DNA from: an uncultured Desulfurococcales archaeon
Lineage (GTDB): Archaea > Thermoproteota > Thermoprotei_A > EX4484-217-1
Assembly: GCA_964406965.1 (NCBI GenBank)
Contig: CAYOTT010000002.1
Span: forward strand, 72,712-136,711
DNA: 64,000 nucleotides
Reading direction: 5' to 3'
Below are positions 29,554-39,860 of the stretch, piece by piece (positions within the stretch are counted from its first letter, which is position 1; each line of letters starts with the position of its first letter). The translations under genes and the position numbers were made by a program. The notes under the pieces are model-generated. The model ran no database searches, was not told where the DNA came from, and saw only the letters and a program-made list of their open reading frames with translations.

Positions 29554-30186
29554 ATGAGAATGAAGGAGAATATTACGGTACTGGATCTTGCGAAAAGAAG
29601 AAAGAGTATTAGAAAATACAGTAAAGAACCTGTAAACATAAATGACGTACTATACGCTATTTCTACAGCTCTTCAAGCACCTTCAGGCGCTAATAGGCAA
29701 CCTTGGAGATTCATTTTGGTTACCGATGAAAATGTGAAGAAAAAGCTAAGAGAGGTTTGTGAAAGAGGTGAAAAAAGATTTTATGAAAGCGGAAAAGCTC
29801 CAGAATGGTTTAAGAAGTGGACTAGGGAAAGAGGCATTACCTGGAGCAAACCCTTCTTAACAGATGCTCCTTACCTTATAGTTGTAGTTTCGAAAAAGAG
29901 TGAACCTTACTCAAAGGAAAGCACATGGCTAGCTATCGGATACCTACTTTTAGCTTTAGAGGAGAAAGGTATTGCCTCACTAACATACACTCCATCAAAT
30001 CCTAGAGAAGTCATGAAAGTGCTTAGAATACCTGAGAACTACAGCTTAGAAGTAATAGTACCTGTAGGTAAGGCTGCTGAAGAGAAAATTAAAGAACCTA
30101 GGCTAGCAATTAAAGAAACATTATTTTATAACTTATGGGGGAATATTTTCCAGAAAACTGCTATAACAAGCAACATAGAGTGCTAA
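29554..30186 (+). CDS. nitroreductase family protein
   Basis: RRSIRKY..PV, then the SGANRQPWRF motif. A GGAGG Shine-Dalgarno-like element sits before the ATGAGAATGAAG start. Confidence 0.7.
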   Translation: MRMKENITVLDLAKRRKSIRKYSKEPVNINDVLYAISTALQAPSGANRQPWRFILVTDENVKKKLREVCERGEKRFYESGKAPEWFKKWTRERGITWSKPFLTDAPYLIVVVSKKSEPYSKESTWLAIGYLLLALEEKGIASLTYTPSNPREVMKVLRIPENYSLEVIVPVGKAAEEKIKEPRLAIKETLFYNLWGNIFQKTAITSNIEC

Positions 30187-30188
30187 TT

Positions 30189-30878
30189 ATGAGTAAAAAG
30201 ACGATTTTTACACTGAGTCTAATAGTCTTAATGGCGTTAGGAATTGTTCTTATAGCTTTGCTAGAACCAAAATGCTCATTGGAACCTATAGTGGCGCATT
30301 TACTATTGTAATTAAGGAAAATGATGCATGGAATTTTAAATACATATGGCTTAACCTTAATTCTATCTCGATAGAAGATGCTTTAAATATTATTGGTAAA
30401 TATAAAAACACACTTTACGATGCCGTGGCATCTAGTACCCCAACATCTATTTATGGAAAAGAGGAATGGATTCACATAATGTTTTCTGAACCCCTCATGG
30501 CATTAGTTCTCTCGATAAATAATTGTAAGAATTGTGGGCTTAAATATAACTAGTTTAAATCCGGCTAATGCTGTTTTGTCAATAGAAATCATCAATCCTG
30601 AAGGAGAAATTGATAGGTATGAATTAAGTGGTGGCATTGGTAAAAATACTTCGTCGAAATACTTTTACGCCAAAGTGTTAAAGAGTGGAATTTACACATT
30701 TAGAATCATTAACAACTTTAATTCCTCAGTAACATTAACGATGAACATTGGGGAGGGAATAATCATAAGTAAGAGGCCCTTTATTTACTATGGTATAGCA
30801 ATGATAATACTAAGCGTTTTTACTATCTTCATAATTTTAAGAAAGAAACCAAGATCATTAACAGTTAATAACCAGTAA
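30189..30878 (+). pseudogene. secreted protein with signal peptide and C-terminal TM anchor, split over three frames (0/-1/0)
   Basis: The ORF at 30189-30311 encodes a signal-peptide-like MSKKTIFTLSLIVLMALGIVLIALL. The frame -1 ORF to 30553 and the frame 0 ORF 30534-30878 (ending in TM helix plus RKKPRS) continue it. The switch points lie at an AAAA and a GGG run. Confidence 0.3.
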
Positions 30879-30906
30879 ATATCGTGAAACTAATTCATTT
30901 GATTTA

Positions 30907-31557
30907 TTAGCACTTATTTTCCCGCGATCTTAAGCTTAAGGTTTTAATGGCAAAATATCTTGGGGTTCTAAGCTTATACTTAATGTATTCTTCACCAAAG
31001 ACCTTTACGAGGTATGGTTCTTCTATTTTAACGATGTAATAGTGGCAAAATATTATGGCTATTGCCGTAAGTAAGAGAGCGTAGCCTGAAAAGCTAAAGA
31101 GAGATATACCTACCAGTATAAGGTAGAAGCCTAGAAACTGTGGATTCCTACTCCAACGATATATGCCCGTAGTTATTAGCTTAGAAACTTCAAGTCCCGA
31201 AATTTTACGTAGTGAATGAAATTCAACCATTTCAGCTAATAAGAAAACGCAACCTACTAAAAATGTTAATGAGCCAATTAATCGGGAAAACAATCCATTA
31301 ATTGATATGTGCCATAAACCGTATATTGATGATGAAATGACAAGACCTGTCCAGCCTATATCTAATATCCACCAACATATCGAAAGCCATAAAGGCATGG
31401 TTTTAGCTTTCTCATAAACTCTCTTAGTTTTAAATAAAATGTATATTCCAAAGAAGGCAAAAATAACTGTAACTACATAAAACATGTAATTCACATTAAA
31501 TCGCCAATAAATAAACCATGTGCTAAATACTGTTTTATTTTGTTTCCTCTTCTTCAA
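30907..31557 (-). CDS. isoprenylcysteine carboxyl methyltransferase (ICMT/PEMT) family membrane methyltransferase
   Basis: The C-terminal block RWSRNPQFLGFYLILVGISL...EEPYLVKVFGEEYIKY matches the ICMT family RHPxY...EE..L...FG..Y..Y signature. Confidence 0.6.
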   Translation of the reverse strand: MKKRKQNKTVFSTWFIYWRFNVNYMFYVVTVIFAFFGIYILFKTKRVYEKAKTMPLWLSICWWILDIGWTGLVISSSIYGLWHISINGLFSRLIGSLTFLVGCVFLLAEMVEFHSLRKISGLEVSKLITTGIYRWSRNPQFLGFYLILVGISLFSFSGYALLLTAIAIIFCHYYIVKIEEPYLVKVFGEEYIKYKLRTPRYFAIKTLSLRSRENKC

Positions 31558-32086
31558 CCTTAAATTTCTCTAGTTCTAATCTTATTTCCGGATCGTGTAT
31601 TACCTTACCTAAAGCGTGCCTGAGAGCTTCAAGAATTATGTATTCTGCAAAATGCTTTGTTATACAGTATGGGCATGGTTTTAGCTTTCTAGCTGCTTTA
31701 ATTATTGTCTCTTTGTAATTTCTAACTAAATCAAGAATTATTTCCTTAAGGCTACTATAGGATTGTTCGGCTATGGGTTTAAGTAGTTCTACAATATCTT
31801 CCGGTACTTCGAAAGGATAAACCTTCTTTTTAGCTGCATAATATTTTAAAACTCCTCCCTTAACTTCCTTTGTTGCTACGAGGTCTATGAGACCTGCCTC
31901 TTTAAGGACCTGAATGTGATAGCGTATTGTATTTATGTTCTTATACATACCCTTTTTTCTTAATTCCTCAGCAATTTCATGAACGCTCATTGGTTTTTTG
32001 GAAAGCAAATCTAGTATGAACACTCTTACTTCATCTGATAAAGCCTTTGCCTCATTCATTCTAACTATTAATGGTGTTTTCTCCAA
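31535..32086 (-). CDS. ArsR-type wHTH transcriptional regulator with C-terminal Cys-containing extension (CPYC)
   Basis: VRVFILDLLSKKPMSVHEIAEEL...INTIRYHIQVLKEAGLI is an ArsR/SmtB-type HTH. It is divergent from the copA-like pseudogene. Confidence 0.55.
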   Translation of the reverse strand: MEKTPLIVRMNEAKALSDEVRVFILDLLSKKPMSVHEIAEELRKKGMYKNINTIRYHIQVLKEAGLIDLVATKEVKGGVLKYYAAKKKVYPFEVPEDIVELLKPIAEQSYSSLKEIILDLVRNYKETIIKAARKLKPCPYCITKHFAEYIILEALRHALGKVIHDPEIRLELEKFKVEEEETK

Positions 32087-32203
32087 ACACTACCACCAGA
32101 TAAGTATAAATACTCTGGTTCTAAAAAATTTATCTGACCACTACGAAAAATATTATTTAGGTGGTTTGATGGACTTTAAACTGAGAAGCTGAAGCTCATA
32201 GGA

Positions 32204-32446
32204 ATGCACTGTGCTTCATGCGCAGTAACTATTGAGAATAAGCTCAAGTCTCTTAAGAAAGTTACGAACGCGATAGTTAATTTTGCAGCTGAAGAAGCCG
32301 AAATAAGATATAACCCTAGGAAGGTTACGTTAAAGGATATTGTTAATGCTATTAGAAACGTCGGTTATGACGTTTATAAGGAGGAAGCATACTTTACTGT
32401 TGAAAACCTTTCCTCAATAGATGAGGAATCTATTATTATAAGGTAA
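32204..32446 (+). CDS. HMA (heavy-metal-associated) domain ORF, intact first metal-binding domain of the decayed copA (may act as a CopZ/CopT-like chaperone)
   Basis: MHCASCAVTIENKLKSL...AEIRYNP...VGYDV is a canonical MxCxxC ferredoxin-fold HMA. Confidence 0.5.
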   Translation: MHCASCAVTIENKLKSLKKVTNAIVNFAAEEAEIRYNPRKVTLKDIVNAIRNVGYDVYKEEAYFTVENLSSIDEESIIIR

Positions 32447-34149
32447 GTTAAAATCTCTTCATGGAGTAATAGATGTAAGAGCTTCACATATAGCAAAGAG
32501 CGTATCTGTAACATTTAATCCCTTATCAATAAGGATCGATGATGTCAAGAAGTATTTAGAAAACATGGGCTATAAAGTAGTTAGTATTAAGGGAGAAGTT
32601 AAGATAGAAGATGCTGAGAGTAAGGTTCTCAAGAGGAAAATAGTTAAGCTCAAAAAATTGTTACAATATGTCTTCTCCTATCATTAACGTTAGCAATATA
32701 CGTAATGGCTGGAGTTTTCGGCGCGCCTATGCCACTTTGGGAGTATGGAGATTTCATAGGGCTTATGCTTTCAACACCAGTACTACTTATCGGTGGTAGA
32801 AGATTCTTTAGCGGTGCTTGGAAACCTCTTAAAAATAGAAGTGCAAACATGGATACTTTAGTAGCTCTTGGAACAGGCTCTGCTTACATTTTTAGTTTAG
32901 CAGTTATGACTGGTTTTGTAGAGTCCCCTGAAACGTATTTTGAAGCTAGCGCTATTGTCATATCATTCATTCTCTTAGGTAAGTATCTCGAATTAAAAAT
33001 GAAAATACGTACAGGTGAGGCTGTACGCAAACTTATGGAGCTTCAGGCGAAGAAAGCAAGAGTGACCCGTAACGGAAGGGAATTAGAAATACCAATAAAT
33101 GAAGCTAGAGTTAAGGATGTAGTTATTATTAAAGCTGGAGAAAAAATACCTGTTGACGGAATAGTGCTTGAGGGACAAGGCTACATTGATGAGTCAATGC
33201 TTACAGGAGAACCAATACCTGTCCTTAAGAAAACCAAGGATCCTGTCATAGCTAGTACTATATTGAAGAGTGGTTCGTTAAAAGTCATAGCGACAAGAGT
33301 AGGGAAGGAAACAGTTCTATCGCAAATAATTAAGCTTGTTAGACAAGCACAAATGGGTAAGCCTCCTATTCAAAAACTTGTAGATAAGGTTGCAGGATAT
33401 TTTGCATGGATAGTCATAGTTATTGCTGCATTAACATTTAACTACTGGTACTTTATAGCCAACGTGCCTCTTAACTTAGCAATGCTCTTTACAGCATCTG
33501 TATTACTAATTGCATGCCCATGTGCTCTTGGATTAGCAACACCAACAGTAATAGTTGTTGGAGTAGGTAAAGCAGCTGAATTAGGCATAATTATTAAGAA
33601 CATGGATGTTTTGGAGAAAATACCTAAACTAACAACTATAGTATTTGATAAAACAGGTACTCTAACCAAAGGAGAGCCTGAAGTTACCGATATACATGCT
33701 ATTAATGGGTATAAGGAAATTGACGTATTAAAGATAGCTTATGCTGCTGAAAAACGCAGCGAACACCCATTAGCCCAGGCTATAGTTAAAAAGCAAAACA
33801 AGCACTAGGTAATGTAAATATAGAACCCGAGTTTTTCGATACCATACTTGGCCAGGGAGTAGTAGCTAAAGTCAATGGTGAAATGGTTGTTGTTGGTAAT
33901 GACAAGCTCATGAGAGCTTATGATGTAGAATTAACACCCATACTTAGCATTGCTAAGAAGCTTAGGGAGGACAGTAAAACTGTAGTTTATGTTGCTACAA
34001 GCGGAAAACTCATAGGAGCTATAGCGATAGCCGATACTCCAAGAAAGCATGCACTACAAGTGATATCACATCTTAAAAATAGAGGATTGAAAGTAGTTAT
34101 GCTAACTGGAGATAATAAGGTTACTGCGAAAGTTAATAAATATAACTGA
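32204..34149 (+). pseudogene. copA: copper-translocating P1B-type ATPase (copA-like) pseudogene, in four frame segments and lacking the 3' quarter
   Basis: HMA1 is 32204-32446. A degenerate HMA2 without Cys lies in another frame, 32445-32690. The TM core from about 32648 to 33808 carries the MDTLVALGT and CPCALGLATPT motifs and DKTGTLT. A fourth segment, 33790-34149, runs VVGNDKLM...MLTGDN. Switches occur at A-runs. GDGINDAPAL and the terminal TMs are absent in all frames after 34149. Confidence 0.7.
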
Positions 34150-34294
34150 GTTATAGGTGAAATATTTAATATTTTCCTACATGAATTAACATACGCTAAA
34201 CATAGGGTTTCAAGAAAGTATAAATCAATGTATTTCGAATATTCCAGTTAGGGTATAAAACGAGGTTATAGGATTTAAGCGGGGTAAAAGGAGT

Positions 34295-34678
34295 TTGAAA
34301 ACATTTTGTGAAATTTATGTGAAAAATATTCTGCCGGCAATAAGAGCTCTTTTAGCTAGGGAACTAATTCAGAAATATTCTAAGACCCAAATGGAAGCGG
34401 CTAAAATACTAGATATAACGCAAGCTTCAATAAACTATTACCTTTACGGTAGGAGAGCTTCTAAAATAACGGAAGCTCTGGATAGCATTTCTGAAATAAA
34501 AAGTATGGTGAAGAAGCTAGCTAAGAAAATTTCTGAAAATAGTGGAGCTGATGTTGGTGAATTGTTATGTGAATTCTGCATGGTAATAAAGTCTAACAAG
34601 GAATATTTAACTAAGGTGCTTAACGCTATAGGTGTTGAGGAAAGCAATGTTTACGTTTTTATTCCCAAGTCTAAATAG
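34295..34678 (+). CDS. small HTH-containing putative transcriptional regulator
   Basis: KTQMEAAKILDITQASINYYLYG is HTH-like. C-terminal CEFC. It lies upstream of hmgA. Confidence 0.35.
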   Translation: MKTFCEIYVKNILPAIRALLARELIQKYSKTQMEAAKILDITQASINYYLYGRRASKITEALDSISEIKSMVKKLAKKISENSGADVGELLCEFCMVIKSNKEYLTKVLNAIGVEESNVYVFIPKSK

Positions 34679-34821
34679 TGTCCTACTTAGAATAGATGAT
34701 TTTTCATTAGTGCTTTGTATAAGTACAAGACGTCTTCTACATTAACTTAGCTTACACCTAAAATACGTAATATCTATATTGTGAAAAGTAAATAACACTA
34801 GATACGTTATGGTGGAATAAT

Positions 34822-36090
34822 TTGACATCGCGAATACCTGGGTTTTATAAATTACCTATGGATGAAAGATTAAGAATAATTAAGGAATGGGCTAATTTAA
34901 CTAATGAAGAAGTAAAGTTGCTAAGGAATTTCGGAAATCTTGACCCTAAGATTGCTGATTCCATGATTGAGAATGTCATTGGCGGAATGTCATATCCTTT
35001 CGCTATAGCGACAAACTTTAAAATAAATGGTCGAGACTACCTTATACCTATGGTTATTGAGGAAAGCAGTGTTGTAGCTGCAGCTAGTAACGCTGCGAAA
35101 ATGCTGCGTGAAGGAGAAGGTATCATAGCTAAAGCTGGGCACCAATATATGATTGGCCAAATACATTTAGTAAAAATAGGCTCGCCGAAATATGCGGTCT
35201 TCAAGATTCTTGAAAGGAAAGATGAAATACTTGACTTAGCTAATCAACAAGACCCAGTATTAGTAAGGTTAGGCGGCGGCGCTAAAGACATTGAAGTAAG
35301 AGTTGTTGAAACAAAGCGTGGACTAGCAGTAATAGTTCATTTGATTATTGATGTTTTAGATGCTATGGGCGCAAATGCCGTAAACACAATAGTTGAAGCA
35401 GTGGCTCCAATGCTTGAGAAAATCACCAGTGGAGAAGCAAGGTTAAAAATAGTTTCAAACTACGCTACATACCGTATTGTAAGGGCTTGGGCACGGACAT
35501 CTCCTGAAAAAGTAGGGGGCATGGATGTTGTTGAGAAAATTGTTGACGCATACTTACTTGCTGAAGCTGACCCCTATAGAGCAGTGACGCATAATAAGGG
35601 AATTATGAACGGAATAATAGCTGTAGCACTTGCAATAGCTCAAGACCATAGAGCAATAGAGGCAGGAGCCCACGCTTATGCTTCAAGAAGCGGCAGATAT
35701 AGACCTTTAAGCTCATGGGAAATAGACGATAAAGGATATCTTGTAGGGACATTAGAGTTACCGCTTCAAGTAGGCATCGTTGGTGGCGCAGTGAAAGTTC
35801 ACTCAATAGCGAAAATAGCTTTAAAAATACTTAAAGTGAAAAAGGCAAAAGAACTTGCAGAAATAATGGCGGCAGTAGGATTGGCTCAAAACCTAGCAGC
35901 ATTAAGAGCGTTAGTAACTGAAGGAATACAGAGGGGACATATGAAGCTTCACGCTAAAAACTTAGCAATAATGGCTGGTGCAACAGGAGATTTAATAGAC
36001 CTAATAGCTGAGCAAATGGTTAAAGAGGGAAAAATAAGGTTCGACTATGCGAAAGAGCTTGTAGAAAAGTACAAAAGCAAACTTAAGTAA
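34822..36090 (+). CDS. hmgA: 3-hydroxy-3-methylglutaryl-CoA reductase (NADPH), class I
   Basis: ENVIGGMSYPFAIATNFKING, EESSVVAAASN, DAMGANAVNT, and the C-terminal GTQRGHMKLHA region. Confidence 0.85.
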   Translation: MTSRIPGFYKLPMDERLRIIKEWANLTNEEVKLLRNFGNLDPKIADSMIENVIGGMSYPFAIATNFKINGRDYLIPMVIEESSVVAAASNAAKMLREGEGIIAKAGHQYMIGQIHLVKIGSPKYAVFKILERKDEILDLANQQDPVLVRLGGGAKDIEVRVVETKRGLAVIVHLIIDVLDAMGANAVNTIVEAVAPMLEKITSGEARLKIVSNYATYRIVRAWARTSPEKVGGMDVVEKIVDAYLLAEADPYRAVTHNKGIMNGIIAVALAIAQDHRAIEAGAHAYASRSGRYRPLSSWEIDDKGYLVGTLELPLQVGIVGGAVKVHSIAKIALKILKVKKAKELAEIMAAVGLAQNLAALRALVTEGIQRGHMKLHAKNLAIMAGATGDLIDLIAEQMVKEGKIRFDYAKELVEKYKSKLK

Positions 36091-36193
36091 TTATCAACAG
36101 TTGAAGACGGAACAAGGTCTTGATATACATTTAGTTCCTCATTAAAACTTTAATCGGGATAAGTAAAGCTATATATTAGATAATTAAAATAAT

Positions 36194-37150
36194 GTGAGAT
36201 GCTTCATTATGAAATTAAGTGAAATAAGCAAGTTGATTTCAGATGTTATTAAACGAGTTACTCAAGGTGTTGTAACTATATTTACGGAAAAAGCTAGTAT
36301 AGATGTGTTATTTGGCTATAGACCTATAAGAGGTATAGGTTCAGGCTTCATTATAAGCAATGATGGGGTTATTGTAACTAATGCTCATGTAATAAAAGGT
36401 GCTAGTAGGATAAAGGTATTATTACCAAGTGGTGAAGAAAGCTATGCAAAACTTATAGCTGTAGATCCATACAGGGACCTTGGGTTATTAAGGGTTCAAG
36501 CCAGAGAACTTCATTCTTTAGAACTTAGTGATTCAGGCAAAGTAGAAATTGGAGAATTAGTTTTCGCTATAGGGTCTCCTCTAGGTCTTCCAGGACCGAC
36601 AGTCACAATGGGTGTTGTTAGCGCTATTGGTAGAACATTTGTAAGCAAAAATATTATTTTAGAAGACCTTATACAAACTGATGCAGCAATAAATCCGGGT
36701 AATAGCGGCGGCCCATTAGTAAACGCTGAAGGCAAAGTAATAGGTGTTACTACGGCTATAGTGCCCTATGCCCAAGGAATAGGCTTCGCTATACCAATAA
36801 ACACTGTTAAGAAATTCCTATTAATGATTGAAAAATATGGAAGACCCGTTAGAGCATGGATAGGTGTTTATGTAGCTCCCGTAACTCCAGAACTAGCTTC
36901 CATATATAACCTTCCAGTGAGAAAGGGACTAGTTATAGTGAGAGTACTACCTGGAACTCCTGCTTACGAGTATGGGTTAAGGGAGGGAGACATAATAATT
37001 TCAGTAAATAATGTTGAGCTCGATGAAGCCAGTAAATTGAAGGAGGTAATAGAGGATTCTATAGATAAAGGCTACGTAAATTTAAGAATAATTAGAAATA
37101 GTGAAACATATAGTGTTAGAGTTCCTATACTTATTGAACCATTATATTAA
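36194..37150 (+). CDS. HtrA/DegP-like trypsin-family serine protease with C-terminal PDZ domain
   Basis: Catalytic triad context TNAHV (His), D, GNSGGPLVN (Ser). PDZ-like C-terminus. Confidence 0.8.
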   Translation: MRCFIMKLSEISKLISDVIKRVTQGVVTIFTEKASIDVLFGYRPIRGIGSGFIISNDGVIVTNAHVIKGASRIKVLLPSGEESYAKLIAVDPYRDLGLLRVQARELHSLELSDSGKVEIGELVFAIGSPLGLPGPTVTMGVVSAIGRTFVSKNIILEDLIQTDAAINPGNSGGPLVNAEGKVIGVTTAIVPYAQGIGFAIPINTVKKFLLMIEKYGRPVRAWIGVYVAPVTPELASIYNLPVRKGLVIVRVLPGTPAYEYGLREGDIIISVNNVELDEASKLKEVIEDSIDKGYVNLRIIRNSETYSVRVPILIEPLY

Positions 37151-37317
37151 TGTTAAGCTTTCTCTGATGCACTAGATTAGTAATTGAAATTATCGGCTTA
37201 TAGTGAGTGGATAATGAATAATTAACATATATAGCTTACCGTATTTACAATACTAAAGTAAAATAGCTTATGTTATAAGATAACTTAGTCTTTAGTAGAC
37301 CACACATTACCTGCAAT

Positions 37318-38427
37318 TTATGAGTGCTCTGTTATTACTTCTAGACCTTTACTTGTTACTATGAAAGTATCTTCGTGTTTTATCTGTCCCGCTCCCTTTA
37401 GCATTATAGGTGCATGGACTAATGCTACAGCCATTCCTGGCTTTAATTCAATAAACCTGTGTTTAGGCACTATGGTTGTTATTGGCGTTTCCTCTATTTG
37501 CAAACCTACTCCATGAAGATACCCTATCACTCTATGATCTATTAATCTATGTTTGCTGTATATTTTGTCTAACTTCATTATTACATTGATGGGTTTAACG
37601 CCAGGTTTAGTTAGTTCTAATGCTTTCACATATACTTCCTTCATGCATTTTACTGCTTTTTCCGCTTCACTATTATGTCCTTCAGTGATTGTTCTTGAAA
37701 TGTTAGCGTAGTAATGATTATAATCTACCCCTAAGACTATGGTTACGGCTAATCCTTCAATCACCTTCTGATCTCTAAATGGTTCAGCGTGAACTCTTGG
37801 ATTAGGCCCGATATTTACGTATATTTTTGGCTCTTCTGCCCCGAGTCTGTATGCGTGATAGTACGCTTCAGCTGCAATTTCTGTTTCACTAACTCCAGGC
37901 TTTATTACATTGACTACTCCATCCATTACCTTTGCAGCTATTTCACCCGCTTTCCTTATTGCCTCTAATTCGTACCTGTCTTTAATCATTCTCATTTCTG
38001 CTACTATACTTGATATATCTACTACATTCACTTGCGGATTAAGACGTTTAAACATCTCGTAGAAGAGTATGTAAGCATCTCTCTCAATGCCATACTCTAA
38101 ACCTACAGTCCTATACCCACTACTCCTTATAATGGTTGAAACCTTAGCCATGAGATCTCCTCCATCCCTAAAAGTCACTACATTATCTATCCATGTTCGC
38201 TGTGCAAGCTCATCTTCCTCCCCTTTCGCTGCAAATAGCATTGGCTCTTCACGTGCAGGTATTAGCAATGCAGGTCTAAGCCACTTTGTTCCGGTAAAGT
38301 AGGTAAACGTTGATTGAATGCGAATCATGGCGGCATCAATATTTTTAGAGCTTAATTTCTCCTGGAAATGCTTTAGCCTCTTATGTAATATAGAAGTGGG
38401 GAAGCGAATTTTCCTCACATCAAACAC
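37318..38427 (-). CDS. M24-family metallopeptidase (Xaa-Pro aminopeptidase/prolidase-like)
   Basis: Creatinase N-domain plus pita-bread fold metal ligands (HGVGLQIEE, D..D region). Confidence 0.75.
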   Translation of the reverse strand: MFDVRKIRFPTSILHKRLKHFQEKLSSKNIDAAMIRIQSTFTYFTGTKWLRPALLIPAREEPMLFAAKGEEDELAQRTWIDNVVTFRDGGDLMAKVSTIIRSSGYRTVGLEYGIERDAYILFYEMFKRLNPQVNVVDISSIVAEMRMIKDRYELEAIRKAGEIAAKVMDGVVNVIKPGVSETEIAAEAYYHAYRLGAEEPKIYVNIGPNPRVHAEPFRDQKVIEGLAVTIVLGVDYNHYYANISRTITEGHNSEAEKAVKCMKEVYVKALELTKPGVKPINVIMKLDKIYSKHRLIDHRVIGYLHGVGLQIEETPITTIVPKHRFIELKPGMAVALVHAPIMLKGAGQIKHEDTFIVTSKGLEVITEHS

Positions 38428-38749
38428 CCGCGTTCACAAACCATATTGTGGCTTAAGGTGTTAAATAAGCGTTAGGAATAATGTGAGAGCTTTCTTTAAG
38501 GAACATTTCCAATAAGCTAATACTACCTTGAAAGCACGTCTTACTTAAAAGTGATGAAGCTAAGTTCTTTATTAAGGTATTAAGAAACAAGGAATTTAAA
38601 TAACAACTAGTTAGACAGCTACTAAAAGGTCCTAGATGGAATATGGTAATAAAAGTTCATAACGGAACAGTTCGTTACATAGTAGAAGTTCTGAAAGAAA
38701 ATGTGCTGTGTAATGTTGAATTGGGGAATTCTAATCTCGGTGAAATAAT

Positions 38750-39634
38750 ATGTTAGGTAAGCGGTTATATGCTTTAGCTGAGGCTTTTCTTGTTACATTT
38801 CTTTGGTCAACATCCTATATACTTATCAAAGTTGGTCTTAAAGAATTGAATCCTATAGCTTTCGCAGCTTATAGATATACTTTAGCTTCTATAATGCTGA
38901 TGATGCTTATGCTAACTCGATATAAGGGTAGTAAAACTTTTGAGTTTAAATATTTACCAATATTCATAGTGTCGGGGTTTACGGGTTATTTTGTAGCTCA
39001 AGGACTACAGTTTTTTGGCCTATATTATCTTCCAGCAATATCGGTAACGTTTATTCTTAATATGACGCTCATATTTGTTTTAGTACTAAGTATTCTTTGC
39101 TTAAAGGAGAAACCTACATTCGCTCAACTCATAGGAGTAGTGATTGTTATTTGTGGTGTAATATTGTTCTTTTCCTCACACATACCGCTAGTTTTTAACG
39201 AAATTTTCGGCGTATTCCTAACTGTGCTTTCAGGCATAGGTTGGGCTTTATACATGATTATCTCTAGATATTACCTAAGAGAGAATAGGTTAGGTGTCTT
39301 TACACTAACTTCTTACTCAATGTCTTTTGGCTCAATATTGCTTCTTGCAGCAGCCATTCTAAGTAACAACGTTGTATTTCCCTCTATAAATGGTTGGTTC
39401 ATAATATTTTGGCTTAGTATTGTAAATACTGCATTAGCTTTTACTCTATGGAATTACGCATTAAAGACCTTGAGAGCTTACGAACAATCTATATTGCAGA
39501 ACACCATGTTAATACAGATAACACTATTAGCCTACATATTCCTTAGAGAAGCACTAACCTTTCAGAAACTTTTAGGAATAATAATGGTTTTTACAGGAGT
39601 ATTAATAGTGCAGTTATTACCTAAATGTACTTAG
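38750..39634 (+). CDS. DMT-superfamily (EamA-like) transporter
   Basis: Ten TM helices in two EamA-like repeats. Confidence 0.65.
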   Translation: MLGKRLYALAEAFLVTFLWSTSYILIKVGLKELNPIAFAAYRYTLASIMLMMLMLTRYKGSKTFEFKYLPIFIVSGFTGYFVAQGLQFFGLYYLPAISVTFILNMTLIFVLVLSILCLKEKPTFAQLIGVVIVICGVILFFSSHIPLVFNEIFGVFLTVLSGIGWALYMIISRYYLRENRLGVFTLTSYSMSFGSILLLAAAILSNNVVFPSINGWFIIFWLSIVNTALAFTLWNYALKTLRAYEQSILQNTMLIQITLLAYIFLREALTFQKLLGIIMVFTGVLIVQLLPKCT

Positions 39635-39860
39635 TCAAAATGTATCTAAAAGAACTATGTTGCCTTTACTGTAAGCATTGAAGATAAATGCGTATATTTT
39701 TCTTGAGATTAGAAAGACTAAAACACTGAGCCATGGATTTAAAATATAACAATAAATATTATCTGAAAAGTACTTTAGATATGGGCTACGCTACTAATAA
39801 TGATGTTTAGATTACTTTAGTATTTGCGTTTTAAAGATTGCTCAATACAGCTTATAAAGG

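Noticed and set aside
28995-29639. Full 214-aa form of the YbaK-like ORF with a hydrophobic 58-aa N-terminal extension
   Set aside because: The N-terminal extension is low-complexity (FLILFLLFARSS...) and overlaps the divergent nitroreductase upstream region. A TTG start at 29465 gives a protein of typical YbaK size.
32648-34149. Treating 32705-33808 and 33883-34149 as two separate functional P-type ATPase genes
   Set aside because: Together they are colinear with a single CopA (TM core, then nucleotide-binding domain). They are separated only by frame switches and lack essential C-terminal motifs.
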